Shown here: positions 40,456 to 53,070 of the stretch, piece by piece
How positions within the stretch are numbered: position 1 is the first letter of the stretch
How the letters are laid out: every line of letters starts with the position of its first letter
Source of the DNA: Podarcis vaucheri
Taxonomy: Eukaryota
Length of the DNA stretch: 64,000 nt
Reading direction: 5' to 3' (one strand)
Assembly: GCA_965113315.1 (NCBI GenBank)
Contig: OZ220364.1
Notes under the pieces: model-generated
The model's database searches: none
The model's input: the letters and a program-made list of their open reading frames with translations, nothing else
What the model was told of the DNA's origin: nothing
Translations under genes and position numbers: made by a program

Positions 40456-40797
40456 CAGTGGTACCTCGGGTTAAGTACTTAATTCATTCTGGAGGTCTGT
40501 TCTTAACCTGAAACTGTTCTTAACCTGAAGCACCACTTTAGCTAATGGGGCCTCCCACTGCTGCCGCGCCGCCGGAGCACAATTTCTGTTCTCATCCTGA
40601 AGCAAAGTTCTTAATTATACTGTATTGTTTAATTAGTGTTTTTATGGAGCAGTCAAGTAATTTCATTGTCCCCGAAGGGGGCAATGACAATAAAGATATT
40701 ATTATTATTATTAACCCGAGGTACTATTTCTGGGTTAGTGGAGTCTGTAACCTGAAGTGTATGTAACCTGAAGCTTATGTAACCCGAGGTACCACTG
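40456..40797. mobile_element. Tigger/pogo-type MITE interrupted by an insertion
   Basis: TA|cagtggtacctcgggtta ... taacccgaggtaccactg|TA; homologous to the uninterrupted copy at 54093-54333. Confidence 0.9.
40615..40710 (+). mobile_element. Rex1/Babar-like retrotransposon 3' end
   Basis: Stem-loop tcattgtcccc-gaa-gggggcaatga, then caataaag and an (att)n tail; flanked by ttaa duplication; absent from the sister MITE. Confidence 0.7.
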
Positions 40798-43700
40798 TAT
40801 TTGGATTTATTAATTTTATTCATTTCATAAAATTTATATGCTGCTTGATTGTAGAACAAAAACAACAATCCTCAAAGTGAATTACAGGGGAAAAACATGA
40901 TTCATGTTCCTGTTTAAGAAGTGTGGATCTAAGCCCCTTGACAAGGACACATCTTCCCCCTGGATGCCCATGTTTTATAGTTTCACAGTTTTCCAAGAGA
41001 TGCAGAAAATTATCAAAAGGGACTTCTTAGAATGTACACAGAATGCTGCCATTCCATTTCTGGTCAACATTAATTAGAAATCATGTGCCACTCTGAAAAA
41101 TCTGACTTCAAAGCTTTAAAAATATATCTCAGATTTGTATATTTTACAATACGAACCTTAGAGAGCAGTGATATTTCCAAGCATGCCCCATTTTGCTGAC
41201 GAATAGCATTAGGTAGCAATGGCTCTGGTAGAACATTTCAGTTTGCTGCTTGAAGATTTTAAGAAGTAATAGGAATAACAGTGGTTTGTCTTAATCTCTT
41301 TGATTTAATCTGATTCTGTTAAAATATGTTGTGCCATCAGTTGAGAATTATATGAGGAGATGAAATTCCAGTGTAAGGTTTGCAGATAGTAGTGTTACCG
41401 TTGAAACATGAAGGTGACCTTGGTCAAGTAAAAACTGCTGACAGGAGAAAAAAATCCTTGATGTTGACAGTGATCTACAGGAACTCTTATTTAGAAGTTT
41501 TTATTTTTCCTTTTCTTTGGGGTAGCTGAGAGCAGTATTGCGCAAGAAGTAAATGTATTGGAACAGGTAGCCTTGAAATTTTATATAACCATACAAAGAA
41601 AATTAACTGCTCCAAGGGCACTGCAAATTTCAGGTTGGATGTGGAGTTTTTATCCAGTATGGGAGAATGTAAGCAACTCTTTATTGGGTAAAGGCTTGTT
41701 TTAAAAAACAGAAAAAGCTTTAAGGTTCATTCAACTTTTTTATTGTGTAAACATCCTTGTACAAGTATTGTTTTTACTTCAAGTGGATGTTTAATGTTAG
41801 TAGAAATTTGTTCTACTTGTTTGACATAGGAACATGCCTCACATTTGAAAAAAATGGGAGGGGCTTTTGGGCACTGTGACTAATATGATAAGTCAGTGTA
41901 AAGCAGTGATGCAATGTTAGTGTACTACAGCCTCCATTGTCTCTCACCACCAACCATACTAGCTAGGACTGATGGGAGTTGGAGTCCAACAACAACTGTA
42001 GGGCCACAGGTTCTTTACCCCTCATGCTCATTTAATCATTTAAGCGGCAGGAGACAGAAATACAGTTTTCTAGCTATATGCAGTTCATATCAACTACAAC
42101 AACACTCAAGATTATAAAGTTGATAGATCTCCACAGTAAGATGCTAGAAATGTTAGAGGGTGCCACAGTAATGGCATTTCCACCCCAGCCTGTCTCTGAC
42201 AATACAAAATGCTTTGGGGTCTTAAGAACTACTAAATTGGCTCAGTATGACTTGCTAAGAAGATCACCCAACCTAACAAGGACCTAAAATTTTGAGGAGT
42301 GGAAGTAAGCCATTGTTCCTGTCCTTTGCCAGCTAAATGTGGTGTTTTTTTTGGGGGGGGGGACATTCTGCGAGGCAGTAGGAAATCCTAGTGTCTAATC
42401 CTAGTTGGGGTTTTCCCTAGGGTCAGTCAAAATAATGGTGTTTTTTGGAAAACTGAGATATCCAAAGATTTTGCAGTAGTGGGCAGTACTTGATAGTAGC
42501 AGTAGCAGAGTTGAAATCAGATGGTGTCTAACATGTAGCGGTTAGTAGCATCCTACAGCTGCTGGTGCCTTATGTAAAACATGCAGCAGCATTCAGAATT
42601 TGACAGATCTGACAGCTTGATCTCAGCAGACTTTAGTAATATTTATATTGACAAAAACGTGACTTTCAAATTTAGACGGCAAAGTGTGATTCTGAAATTC
42701 AAATGGAAAGGAAAACTTTGTAATCTGAAAAGCTGCTGCATTTTGAAATTTGGCATGTTTGTTTGTTTGTTTCCAAAATGCCCGTAACTGTGGTGGAAGC
42801 ACCAGCAGTCTCACAGTTGGCTTTGTAGCTGGGCTGCGAATTATCGCCTGGAAATTCATTTCTATAATATATACTGTTTTAAGCATTGGCAGCTGTAGCT
42901 ACATTGTCCTGATTACAGTTTGCCACTGTTTATGATTTCTGTAACACCAAGAGCCTGCTGCTCTCTGTGCTGCTGCTTCCTTTCTTGTGTAGCTAGCGTG
43001 TGGACTGCGAAAGGAATCAGCATCTAGAACTGTCAGTTCAGTACAGCACTTTTCAGTAGTATTCACTTAATCAAACCCAGTGAAGTCTGGCTTCAGGAGG
43101 ATGAATATGTCTCTCAAAGTGACAGTGTACTAAAATTCCTTTTCATATCCTGACAGCAGCATACATGATGGAGCAGAATTGAAAGGCACCCCCTGATGTT
43201 CTCTCCACTTCTGTCTTTTTCTTTTCTTTTCTTTTTTTGAATTCATTTAATGTGTTCTGTTCTGATATTATAGCAATCATTAATTTGTACCTGGTGTTGT
43301 TATAAACATCATTTCTCAGTATTCTTTGAAATGCCACTCAGATGAATCACAGAGGTTGCATTTTCTATTAAAGAGTATGTATATTTGCATACACAATATT
43401 GTAGCAAATGCTTTAAATGTGGAAATTGTAATGAGTAATCTTTTAGACCCCTGAATTAAGAGCCTGAAGCCCCAACCCTGAAATATTTACAAACTGAGAT
43501 TGAATCATAACTTTCCTGCTGAAATATTAAAGAGATTGAATCATAATCTTTTCTTCCACCATATAGATTTGCAACAGTCATATTGTGGAAGTTAATCACT
43601 GAAGCCCAAATCTTTAATCAATTCAGATATGTATGTGGATGCCCCATTGCACTGTATTGGGCTCCTCTGTGAATTATTGTTCAGACTCTAGCTCAAGTCC

Positions 43701-44729
43701 CAATCATATTTCTAATAGGTCATGGTTCTGAATCCATCACACATGCTCAGCATACAATGACTGAAATACATCTGAGCCAAAGAAGAATTCCTGACTTCTT
43801 TAGCCCAGCCGCATCCAGCTTCCCCTGCCTCATATGTCCTGCTAGTTTATCACCACCACAAAATGTGGTGCACAAGAAGAAGGAATAAGATGACTTTTGG
43901 ACACACATGTATAGAAAAAAGAAATTCTCCTAAATATAGAATGTCAACCTTATGCAAATCTCCTTTGAGGGAGATACTGAAAATACAAAGAAATATCTAG
44001 TGTACACACGCATCATATGCATGCACGATAGGGCTAAAAATACAGCAAGAGAATAAATGGCTCTATGAATATTGATGAATTGTCAACATTTGAAAGTTGC
44101 TGGACAAGTGGTTCAAAAGGAATAAGCCCACTAAACTGGAAATGCTTGTTTTAGGAGTCTCATGCATATTCAATAACTAGATGTTTAATCAACTAATCAA
44201 AGCACTTCAGTAATTGAATGCTGATTGCCTGATGCACTAAGGGGGAAAGTCAGCTTTCCAACCATGGCTGAAGGTGGTCTAATAACTAATCATAGAAAGA
44301 GTTCTTTTTTTAAAAAAAAATTAGTTCTTACTTGTAATACAAATATTAACCTTTTAAAACACCATCCTCACCTATTGACTATTAATGTATTAATTTCCCC
44401 TGCTTTTTAGAGGTTCAGAAGTCACTCCTGCATTTGTATTATTGGGAAACAACACAGAAGCTTCATTACAAATGTAGAATCCCAGAAATAGGCATTCACA
44501 AAGTTTATGAATTGGGCAGAGAGACATCCAAAGAGGGGCTGGGGGAGAGGGAACTGAAAGTTGATGAGCCCTACTTTTTATGCAGCAGTGGAACAGAAGA
44601 GAGTGTTGGGTGTTTTTCTTTCCCCCTTGCCCCGCAGGGTTTTCATTCTGGAATATTGCTTCTTTCATTGGAAACAATCCACCAACTCCTTTGGGTCTGT
44701 GCTCTTCTCCCAGCAGAGTTTGCGGAAAT

Positions 44730-45620
44730 AATTTTTCAGGTTCCTGGCACTTGTGTCATGGGATCTGACAGGGTTCCATCTTGCCCCACCCCCATTCCAT
44801 TTAACCACAGTGTGAAGCCACCAGGAAGTGTTATCCAAAGCCTTGAAATAAAATATCAACAGTATTCAGACAATACATAGATCTGTTTTTCCATGTTATC
44901 TAATGCAGTTGAGGCAATGAAAGGGTCAAATTGTTGACAGAGCTCAGTAGTGTTCTGATGTGGGGAGGGCAATAAACAGAAGCTTAAACTTGATAAGACA
45001 TGGGCATTGTGAGTAGAAGCCAGGATTCATTTGTCTGGTAAGGAGGTGAGGTTCAGATGGGGCTGTACTTTCCTGTAAGATCAGGTTTAATTGATCCAGC
45101 TCTGTCACTAGAGACACAACTGTACTTGGTGGCAGTTTTTGCTTTTTTCCACCTTAGACTGATAATACTGCTGCAATTTCTTCTAGACAGGAATAGTCTG
45201 GTTAACAGTTTTCTAGTATCAACCCGATCAGACTAGTGCAATGTGTTGTGCCTGCAGTTATCCTTAAATACAGTTCAAAGGCTGCATTTAGTTCATAATA
45301 TGGCAGCTAGAATTCTAACTGGGATGGCTCACTGGGAACATTCCACTTTATTTCTAAAAATTAATTCAAGGTTCTTGTTATATCCTATAAAGTCCTTCAT
45401 GGCTTGGAACCTAGAAACCTTAAGAGGTGTTCTCTTCCATATCAACCTGCACAAGAGAGAAGATCTTCCACTGAGGTCCTTCTCAGGGTGTCACTGCCAT
45501 AAGCAAATAGCAGCAAGAGCCTTTTTTTTCATTATATAATTCTCTCCTCAGGGAAGTTAATCTGGTTACCTACACGGTGGTTGTTTGGGCACTAATTAAA
45601 ACATTTTTTTCTTTTCCGAA
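44730..45620 (+). mobile_element. Degenerate L2 LINE ORF2 fragment
   Basis: cagggttccatcttg (QGSIL), then FNHSVKPPGSVIQSLEIKYQQYSDNT (YADD region), then VQRLHLVHNMAARILTG. Confidence 0.8.
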
Positions 45621-46093
45621 ACATTTTAAATGAAATGAAGTTTTTAGATGTGATGGATTAGAAAGCTACCGTATATTTTGAACACTAAGGGTGGAATTCA
45701 GTATTACTGTCTTATAAGTGTTTCTCCAAAAGCAATTGCAGAAGGCACATGGGGTGGGGGTGGGGAGCCCTATTGCAAGGCTTCCACTGACAGGGCTGGT
45801 TAGGTGAATCCCACTCTTCATAACTGGATCATAACCATTGCCAGAATTGATTTGGAAGCTGTAGCGAAGTTGTGAAGTGTTTCAATTGGGTTGCGGTTGG
45901 TTGGCTGTGTGCTTTCTTTTTATTGTAATTTCTTCTTTTGAACCAACTTGGGATGTATGGAGGTCTGTTTGTAAAAAGAGTGAGATACAAATATGTTTCA
46001 TAAATAATTCCTTTTGATCCATATTATGCAGAGGCTTTAAAAGCTCATTTTAACCAAGCTTTTATGAGTTCTTATCTGAACTGGGCTTGTAGC

Positions 46094-46097
<4 letters not shown>

Positions 46098-46131
<34 letters not shown>
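46098..46131. repeat. (TG)n microsatellite
   Basis: Directly visible. Confidence 0.95.
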
Positions 46132-46133
<2 letters not shown>

Positions 46134-46934
46134 TGTACGTGTGTACAAAATATACATGCATATACTGCATATACAGTAAGTATTATACCCAAGGCGAACT
46201 TTTCTAACTGTTGTATTAGTTTTGGTATTGCTGGACTGAGTACACTATTGCATGCAGAAGTTTTCAATAATGCTTTGCATGCTAACAAGGGAAATATTAA
46301 AATTCCCATAAAAACAAATTGAAATATACTAATGTTGCATTTTTGATAAACATTAGAGCAAGGGAGCATGCAAAGTCAATTCAAAAACAGATCCATGCAG
46401 CAGGGGTCCCTTTTTAATGTTATATAAGGGTGATGAGTGTGCATGATTTCTGCTGTGAGTACCTTGCTTGTGGGTGTGCTCAGGAAGACCTTAATGTTGT
46501 TTCTGTATTAACAAATATTCATCACTGGCATTTGCTGTTCAGGAATAATTATGCTTCTGTTCTTTGGGCGCTTTCAGAAATCACTGGTGAATCATGCTAC
46601 ATCCAGTGATGCTACCATATCTAAGGTGGAGGTTCAGACAGCCTAACGGTCTATCAACATTGGTTTGATTCTTTGACAAAACAAGCATTTAACAATAGGA
46701 TCACAAGAAATAATCTAGCTATGCAATCATAACTCTGAAGGTGGGAATACACAGTAATAGGGATCAAGATTTGTCACATGAATTAAAGTCTGCTTTGTGT
46801 TAACTATGTAAACAGATGCTATCTTAGCCACTGCTTAGTGACACAAGTTTCAAAAAGCCCCCGGTTAGGAGCAGTAAACCAGTTGTATCAAAGTTCCTCT
46901 CAAGAGAACACAATAAATATATTTATTACAGAAT

Positions 46935-47055
46935 GGCAAGAATGTGGCCCTCCAGTTGTTGCTGGACTTCAACTTCCATCCCTGACCATGCTGGCTGGGG
47001 CTGATGGGAGCTAGAACCCAGCAACATCTGGAAAGCCGTAAATTCGCCAGTCCTA
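46935..47055. mobile_element. Degenerate hAT MITE copy
   Basis: gtggccctccagttgttgctggacttcaacttccatc...gctgatgggagc...caacatctgga, same family as 35021. Confidence 0.6.
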
Positions 47056-47233
47056 TTGAATTAGGACCAACAAAAATGTCACAAATTCACACTCTCTATA
47101 ACTCCTCTAAAGGAGTGAGAAATTGATTACGATAGAAAATCCCAAAGCCTGTAACTGACTCAGAAACAACATGGCCTCTGGAGGCAGCATGTGTTCTACT
47201 TGATAAGGTTCCATAGGAATGCCAGACTGTCCT

Positions 47234-47410
47234 AGAATCATAGATTGTAGAGTTGGAAGGTATCCTAAGGGTCATCTAGTCCAGCCCCCATATAACGCAG
47301 GAATCTCAGCTAAAGCATCCATGGCAGATTACCATCCAACTTCTGCTTAGGAACATCCAAGGAAGGAGTCTACAAACTCCCATGGGAGACCATTCCACTG
47401 TTTAACAGCT
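47234..47410 (-). mobile_element. CR1 LINE 3' end
   Basis: agaatcatagattgtagagttggaagg...ggtcatctagtcca is the reverse complement of the CR1 3' terminus; ccattccactgt motif follows. Confidence 0.85.
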
Positions 47411-48015
47411 GTCCTGTATGAGGCAGTACTGATGTATGGACACACAAGGGCTAGCTGGGAAGTCACTCATGCATACATAGAGATTTTTGTTTTAAAAAAC
47501 AGAGTATTTATTTTTGAGGAGGGTTGTTTCATAACCCATTGGGATAAACTGTTGACTCAGTGGGAGGTGGTTTAAGATCTGCACCTTCCAGAATCATTCC
47601 GTGTTTTAGCATATTTTGACTTTTTAAAAAACCAAACCAATTGTTCAGCATTTCAGTATGACATTCAGTTTGTTTACTCCCCTTAGCGGCTTAGTGCACC
47701 AACTCTCTTCTGCCTTACATCTTCCTGCAACAAAATAACTCCCTTAAGGGAACAAAATATAAACCAGTCTTATTGTGAACATATATATGCAACACAGAGT
47801 GAATTCATCAAAGGCAGTAGGATTCAAAATATTTCTGTGAATATCTAGACGCCCAAGACTCAGACACACAATGAAGACCTGTAATCACTCCTCTTAGGGG
47901 GGGGGCATATTACAATCTGTGAAAATCTTCTGGGTTTCGAGCAAGGAAAGCAATAGTTTCTTTGGTATTTATAATAAGAAAAGAAGTTCATAGTAAGAAG
48001 ACAATGCTCAAGAGC

Positions 48016-48042
48016 TGTGTGTGTGTGTGTGTGTGTGTGTGT
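48016..48042. repeat. (TG)n microsatellite
   Basis: Directly visible. Confidence 0.95.
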
Positions 48043-49837
48043 ACATGCACTTATTTATATATAGTGCCCTTGGTGCAACTTTACGTAGTTTCTTAAGCAG
48101 AAACACAAACAAGTCTCTGCCCTCAACCAGGGTATAATCTGAAACACAGAGACAATGGGGATAGAACCAAGGGTATGGAAGAGACACAAGGTTTGGAAAG
48201 CATTTTGAATACCACTCCTGTGTTTCTCTTTCCTCCTGTAGACAAAAATAGGTATAGATATATCATAGAAGGACCTTTCCAAGTTCTCTCCAATCAGATT
48301 AATGCAGTTGGTGACATTTATATAGCACTTGAAAAATAGACAAATGTGCAAAGTTCTGATAGTTATCTTTTAATACAGCTATTTTCCCAAAAGGATCTAC
48401 AAAGCAGGAAGAGAGTCCTGGAAGAGAGGGGGACTTAAAGAAACTTCCTGGTATTCAATTTTCACAGTTTTCTGAATTTTAGAGATAATTCCCTCCCCTG
48501 AAATAGCACTCTATGGCAGTAACCTGTTTATCCCTTTTAAGTCACAGAACTTGTCGTCTAATGTAATCATGGAGATATGTCTTGGGGCAGGATTTGTGCA
48601 CCAAGGCCAAACTTGTGTTGCTGTAGTTTCCACTCCAAAGCCTTAAATTAAACAAGTTTGAGTCACGTTAAAGGATTCCAATGTAGCGAAATAAAATGAA
48701 ATAAAATGAGGAGCATAAGAAAGAAAGACAGGTTTGGAGTGATTCAGGGTGTTTATTGCATAGACAAGAAGGAAAGCATTTCAGCTGGAGTAGAATTACT
48801 TGTCCAAAATTGCAGTAATACTGATGAAAAGTTTGAACTGGGCTGCACTTGCGGTGAGCTGACTGTGTTATCATTTAATCATTGTGGATTAAAACACACA
48901 CATGTTCTTTTTTTCCCCAACTGGTGGTCACAGCCAGGTGGAGATTTCATCAGGAGTCCCAGTTCAAGACAAGAGTTCAGGTTCAAAGTAGCACCATGGA
49001 CAGCAATGAGTGATGCTGAGATTGAATACAAGGAGAGTCAAATGTTTTTTCAGAAGCCGAAAACTCTAGTTTGGGACTTAAATGTAGTTTGGTCTGGATT
49101 TGCCTCATCTGGAAGAAGACTCTTATAGTTAAAGAGGTCTTGTCTGATCTATTGGCCATTGGCTCTGATGGCATGGGAGAGACTGTGGGGAGACTGTAAG
49201 GAAGCTGTGGAAAGATGGGATCCTCATGAGCTGGAGCTTCTAGAAAAGTGTGGTCAGCCAGGTCTGGTGCTGAAGGAAATAACCTCTCCATCTCAATCAC
49301 CTCCTGGTGGAGAATCTTACTCCAGAGCCATGACAGTGTAGAACATACCAACCTTTCTCTATGCAGCCATGTACCTATGCATTATGGTTCTTATTGTTAT
49401 TATTTAACAGTCTATATATATTTTTAGTGATCAAAATCTAATGGGGGTGATATGTGAGCCTTTCATTAAAGATACTGAAATGACAAATATCTCCACTGTC
49501 ATTTCCATTCTAGCTGTGGAGTATAAATTCCTTCTGTTCTGAGGAGGAGAGAGGAGTATTTATTGAATAAGCCACTGAGTGTTTTACAGCACTTCTCCCC
49601 CCCCCCAAAAAAAATAGTATTCATTTTTACATGCTTCTCTTCATTCTCACTGTATCTTACCTATTGCCTCCCTCATTATGTTTCAGTAGCATGTGGAAAT
49701 ACTAATAATTGTGTTGCTGTGACTCAGTAATATACATTGCCTATCAGCTGTAATTGTTTGTTTGGTGGTGGCATCTAGCATCTGTACAGTACAACGCTGT
49801 ACATGTCTAGCCAGAAGCACTCACATAAGCAAGCAAC

Positions 49838-50580
49838 TGTAATGAACGGACAGGACAGTGGGGAAGAGGAAGAGGATCCTGGTGAGGGTTGTAGCCAGGA
49901 CTGGGACACACCAGGGAAAGCTGGAGATGGGGAAGAAGAAGTTGGTGTAAGGTTACCAGATTTTTTTCAACTTCAATTGATTTTGTATGGGGAGTGATTT
50001 GTAAATCCGGGAACTGTCCCTGGGAAACGGGGACGTCTGGTAACCTTAAGTTGGTGTAGTAAAAGTACTCATGGAGTGACAGAGGATGATGACAGGATGG
50101 GGTTCAGTGCACAGGAACCAGAGCAGCAGGACCCATCACCAGAGCCAGAGGGGCTGCTGTCTCCATGAACACTCTGAAGTATAGGGGCAGTGGATAGGAC
50201 ACTCCAGGAAGCTGAGGCAGGCAAGGGCCTACAGCCCAGCTCCCTGTAATTCCTCAGCTGGAATAGGCTTGGACAGGTGAGAGTCATGTGCCTCATCAAG
50301 CCCAGATGCTGCCATCAGCATGCAGAGTATAAAAGGGCAGCAGAGCTGAGGTGATGTGTCTGCTCAACTGCCCATGTTGATGGACCTCAGCAGGATGGTG
50401 TTTTGATTTGGACTTTCAGACACGTGGATTGACCTTGGACTGGACACTTGACTGACTGATTTGCTGCCAGGTAAGTCAGGGGTCCAGGACAACAAAAAAC
50501 ATCAACACTGGACCAGGAATGGTAACTCTCAAGTTCATGTAACTGGCCAGCCCTTTGGGTGTCTCCATTAGCCAAGACAT
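49838..50580 (+). mobile_element. Putative solo LTR (right end uncertain)
   Basis: TGTAAT start, purine-rich U3-like body, TATAAAA at 50328-50334; no matching TSD found. Confidence 0.45.
49948..50048. mobile_element. 101-bp hAT (Blackjack-like) MITE
   Basis: Perfect 13-bp TIR taaggttaccaga / tctggtaacctta; exact 8-bp TSD agttggtg (49940-49947, 50049-50056). Confidence 0.9.
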
Positions 50581-51714
50581 TAGTGTGTGTACATGTGTAT
50601 TTGCCATCAGTTACTGACTGCAAACATTTCAATAATAACACCCTTTGTTGTTCAAGATAGAATAAAATACCCCCCCAAAAAAATAATAATTCCCAACTGT
50701 TCTTTGTAAGAGATGAAATTGTGAAATTTGTGTGGGTGTGGGTGCCTGTGTCTGTCTGCCTTTCAGCATTCCTTGATCAATGTATATTCATCTATACATC
50801 TAAACAATGCTTCATTAATCATAGATGGTCTAAATGTAGCGCTCCATTTTGTTGTTTCCCTTCTACTATGAGTGTCATTTATTTTCATTAAACTTTTATC
50901 TAAATGAAAAACTATCCTTTTTCATTTGTGGATAGTTGAGGAATTTATTTGTTCCAGTAAAACTAGTTTAAAAGGGAGAAATTATAACCCTGCTATTTCT
51001 TTTTTTTAAATTAATATTTATTAATATTTGCATAGAGTTCCTATGCAACTGTCCTGCACAGTCTCTGACTTGCAAGATAGAGGCTATATTGTATTATATA
51101 GTGATTAGTATATAATATGTATGTATGATTCACAGTCATATATCTGCTCAGAAATAAGACCCAATGAGTTCAATGGTATGTGTTAATAGGATTAGCTAGA
51201 TAAGTGTTAATAGGATTAAAGCCTTTGAGTTGGCTCTCAGTGTGCCAGCATCCAAATAAGAGTTGCACATAAACACAAGACTTATTCACAAGAGCATAAA
51301 CTGAGGAGGAGCCATCATGTTGCATGGATTTGTGACTTAATTGGCATTCTGCTTGTGTGAGTAAGCTGCACACAAGAACACTGCTGCCCTCTCTGTGTAC
51401 CATGGGAACTGAGTCTGGCTTAATTGAATTGATTCTGGCAATTGCAGAATAGTAAACTGTACCAAACCCTTTGAATACAAAAGAGCATTGTGCCTGCCAG
51501 AATAGTGAAGACTTATTTTCTGTCGTAGGGTAAAACTTCTATGCTGGTCTTTTTTGTGTCAATGCTCACTGTTTCACACTACCCATCATATAATTCCCAG
51601 CTGAAATGGGAATTGAAGGTTTTCTATTTGACCCATTTAGAATGGGTTTATAAGATAGCTGCAATGGAGGAGTGTGTCTTTGGAGGTGAAGTTAAAGCTG
51701 TTGGAAGGTTACAA

Positions 51715-51961
51715 GAGAGCCAGTGTGGTGTAGTGGTTAAGAGCGGTGGGCTCGTAATCTGGTGAACCGGGTTCGCTTCCCTGCTCCTCCACATGCAGCT
51801 GCTGGGTGACCTTGGGTTGGTCACACTTATCTGAAGTCTCTCAGCCTCACTCACCTCACAGAGTATTTGTTGTGGGGGAGGAAGGGAAAGCAGATTGTTC
51901 GCTGCTTTGATACTCCTTAGGGTACTGATAAAGCGGGATATCATATCCAAACTCTTCTTCT
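51715..51961 (+). mobile_element. tRNA-derived SINE, copy C
   Basis: Same family as copy A, with different diagnostic positions. Confidence 0.9.
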
Positions 51962-51969
51962 ACAACACC

Positions 51970-52240
51970 TGCTGTGGCTGTAGAGACCGATACATCCTGT
52001 TGTGCTGCTGCAGATGCACAGTGATGTATTTTCTCTCTTTGCCCCTCCCAGCGGTCATTCCTCCTCTGGTCACTGCTGTGGTTACATGACCTGTCTCCAG
52101 GCATTGCAGTCATTTTCTTGACTGTTGGTTCAAAGGCTTTCTTCATGCCTTCATATATTTTGCAAGTGTTTCTTGTGTCAGCAGTGAGTTGAATGCTCTG
52201 GCACAGCTTTAGCCAGTAGTCATTGGCACACTGTCTACAA
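51970..52240 (-). mobile_element. RTE-clade (non-BovB) LINE fragment, internally deleted
   Basis: Translation RQCANDYWLKLCQSIQLTADTRNTCKIYEGMKKAF resembles RTE ORF sequence between the endonuclease and RT domains. Confidence 0.75.
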
Positions 52241-52804
52241 AACATTATTAGTAGTAGTAGTAGTAGTAGTAGCATCATTGCATGTCCAGGGCTTGAAACA
52301 GCAACAGTACATTAAAAGCATGCATAATAATGACAATCAGCTGAATTTTTTGAAATGAAACCAAATAAATATGAAAATCCAACTCTACCTGGTCAACTTA
52401 ATCATAGGAACCAAAAGTCAGACACCCTCACCACCACTTTAGGAGAAGGCTAAGACTCTGATGTGGCCACATCTGCAGCACATGATAATATCAAAGCTGA
52501 GGGCACACCACCCTTCATTGAAGTGTCCTAGATCTCCTAACCTAGCACACAGTAAGTACGCTCAAGAAGGGTGCTCCTGGCAGAACGGAGATTGTGATGA
52601 GGAATTACTGTTCAGTCTTATGCAGTGTTGAGCAGAGTCAATTGTGATACTAGAAATGTGTATTCAAGTTGGAAGTTATATGGAAACCAATAAGTTCTTA
52701 ATAGCGGGTCAACTTTATGGTGCTCTGTTTTTCTAGGGTTTAGTTGTTCAAACTGTTGACCCAAGAATTGCAGCCGTATTTCTACATATACATATACATA
52801 TTTC

Positions 52805-53070
52805 TGCAGGTTTTGGTGTCTTCGGGTGTCTTCCCGTGTAAGAGTCGGGGTGTCTGTGCGACGTTTCGACGAGGTCTCACTCGTCATCTTCAGGCTGGTG
52901 CTTTCGGCTTCTTGTTACTGTTCCAGTAACAAGAAGCCGAAAGCACCAGCCTGAAGATGACGAGTGAGACCTCGTCGAAACGTCGCACAGACACCCCGAC
53001 TCTTACACGGGAAGACACCCGAAGACACCAAAACCTGCATTCCTGTACCCGTGAAAATCTACGAAAGCAA
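52805..53070. mobile_element. Penelope-like element remnant: inverted pseudo-LTR pair plus 3' tail
   Basis: Arms 52805-52920 and 52924-53039 are exact reverse complements (116 bp, spacer ttc); 31-nt unpaired extension 53040-53070; 28-bp flanking direct repeat (52778-52805, 53095-53122). Confidence 0.85.
52949..52986 (+). ncRNA. Minimal hammerhead ribozyme motif (mirror copy on - at 52858-52895)
   Basis: GC-CUGAAGA-U-GACGAG(UGAGAC)CUCGUC-GAAA-CG-UC-GC: conserved core, 6-bp stem II, palindromic ACGU stem III; stem I only about 2 bp. Confidence 0.6.

Noticed and set aside
51180-51220. 15-bp direct repeat gtgttaataggatta
   Set aside because: Small local duplication within a degenerate repeat end; no evidence of function.
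52805-53039. Pre-miRNA, CRISPR array or terminator interpretation of the palindrome
   Set aside because: The stem is perfect and much longer than a pre-miRNA, there is no repeat-spacer periodicity, and the context is eukaryotic. Penelope architecture explains it better.
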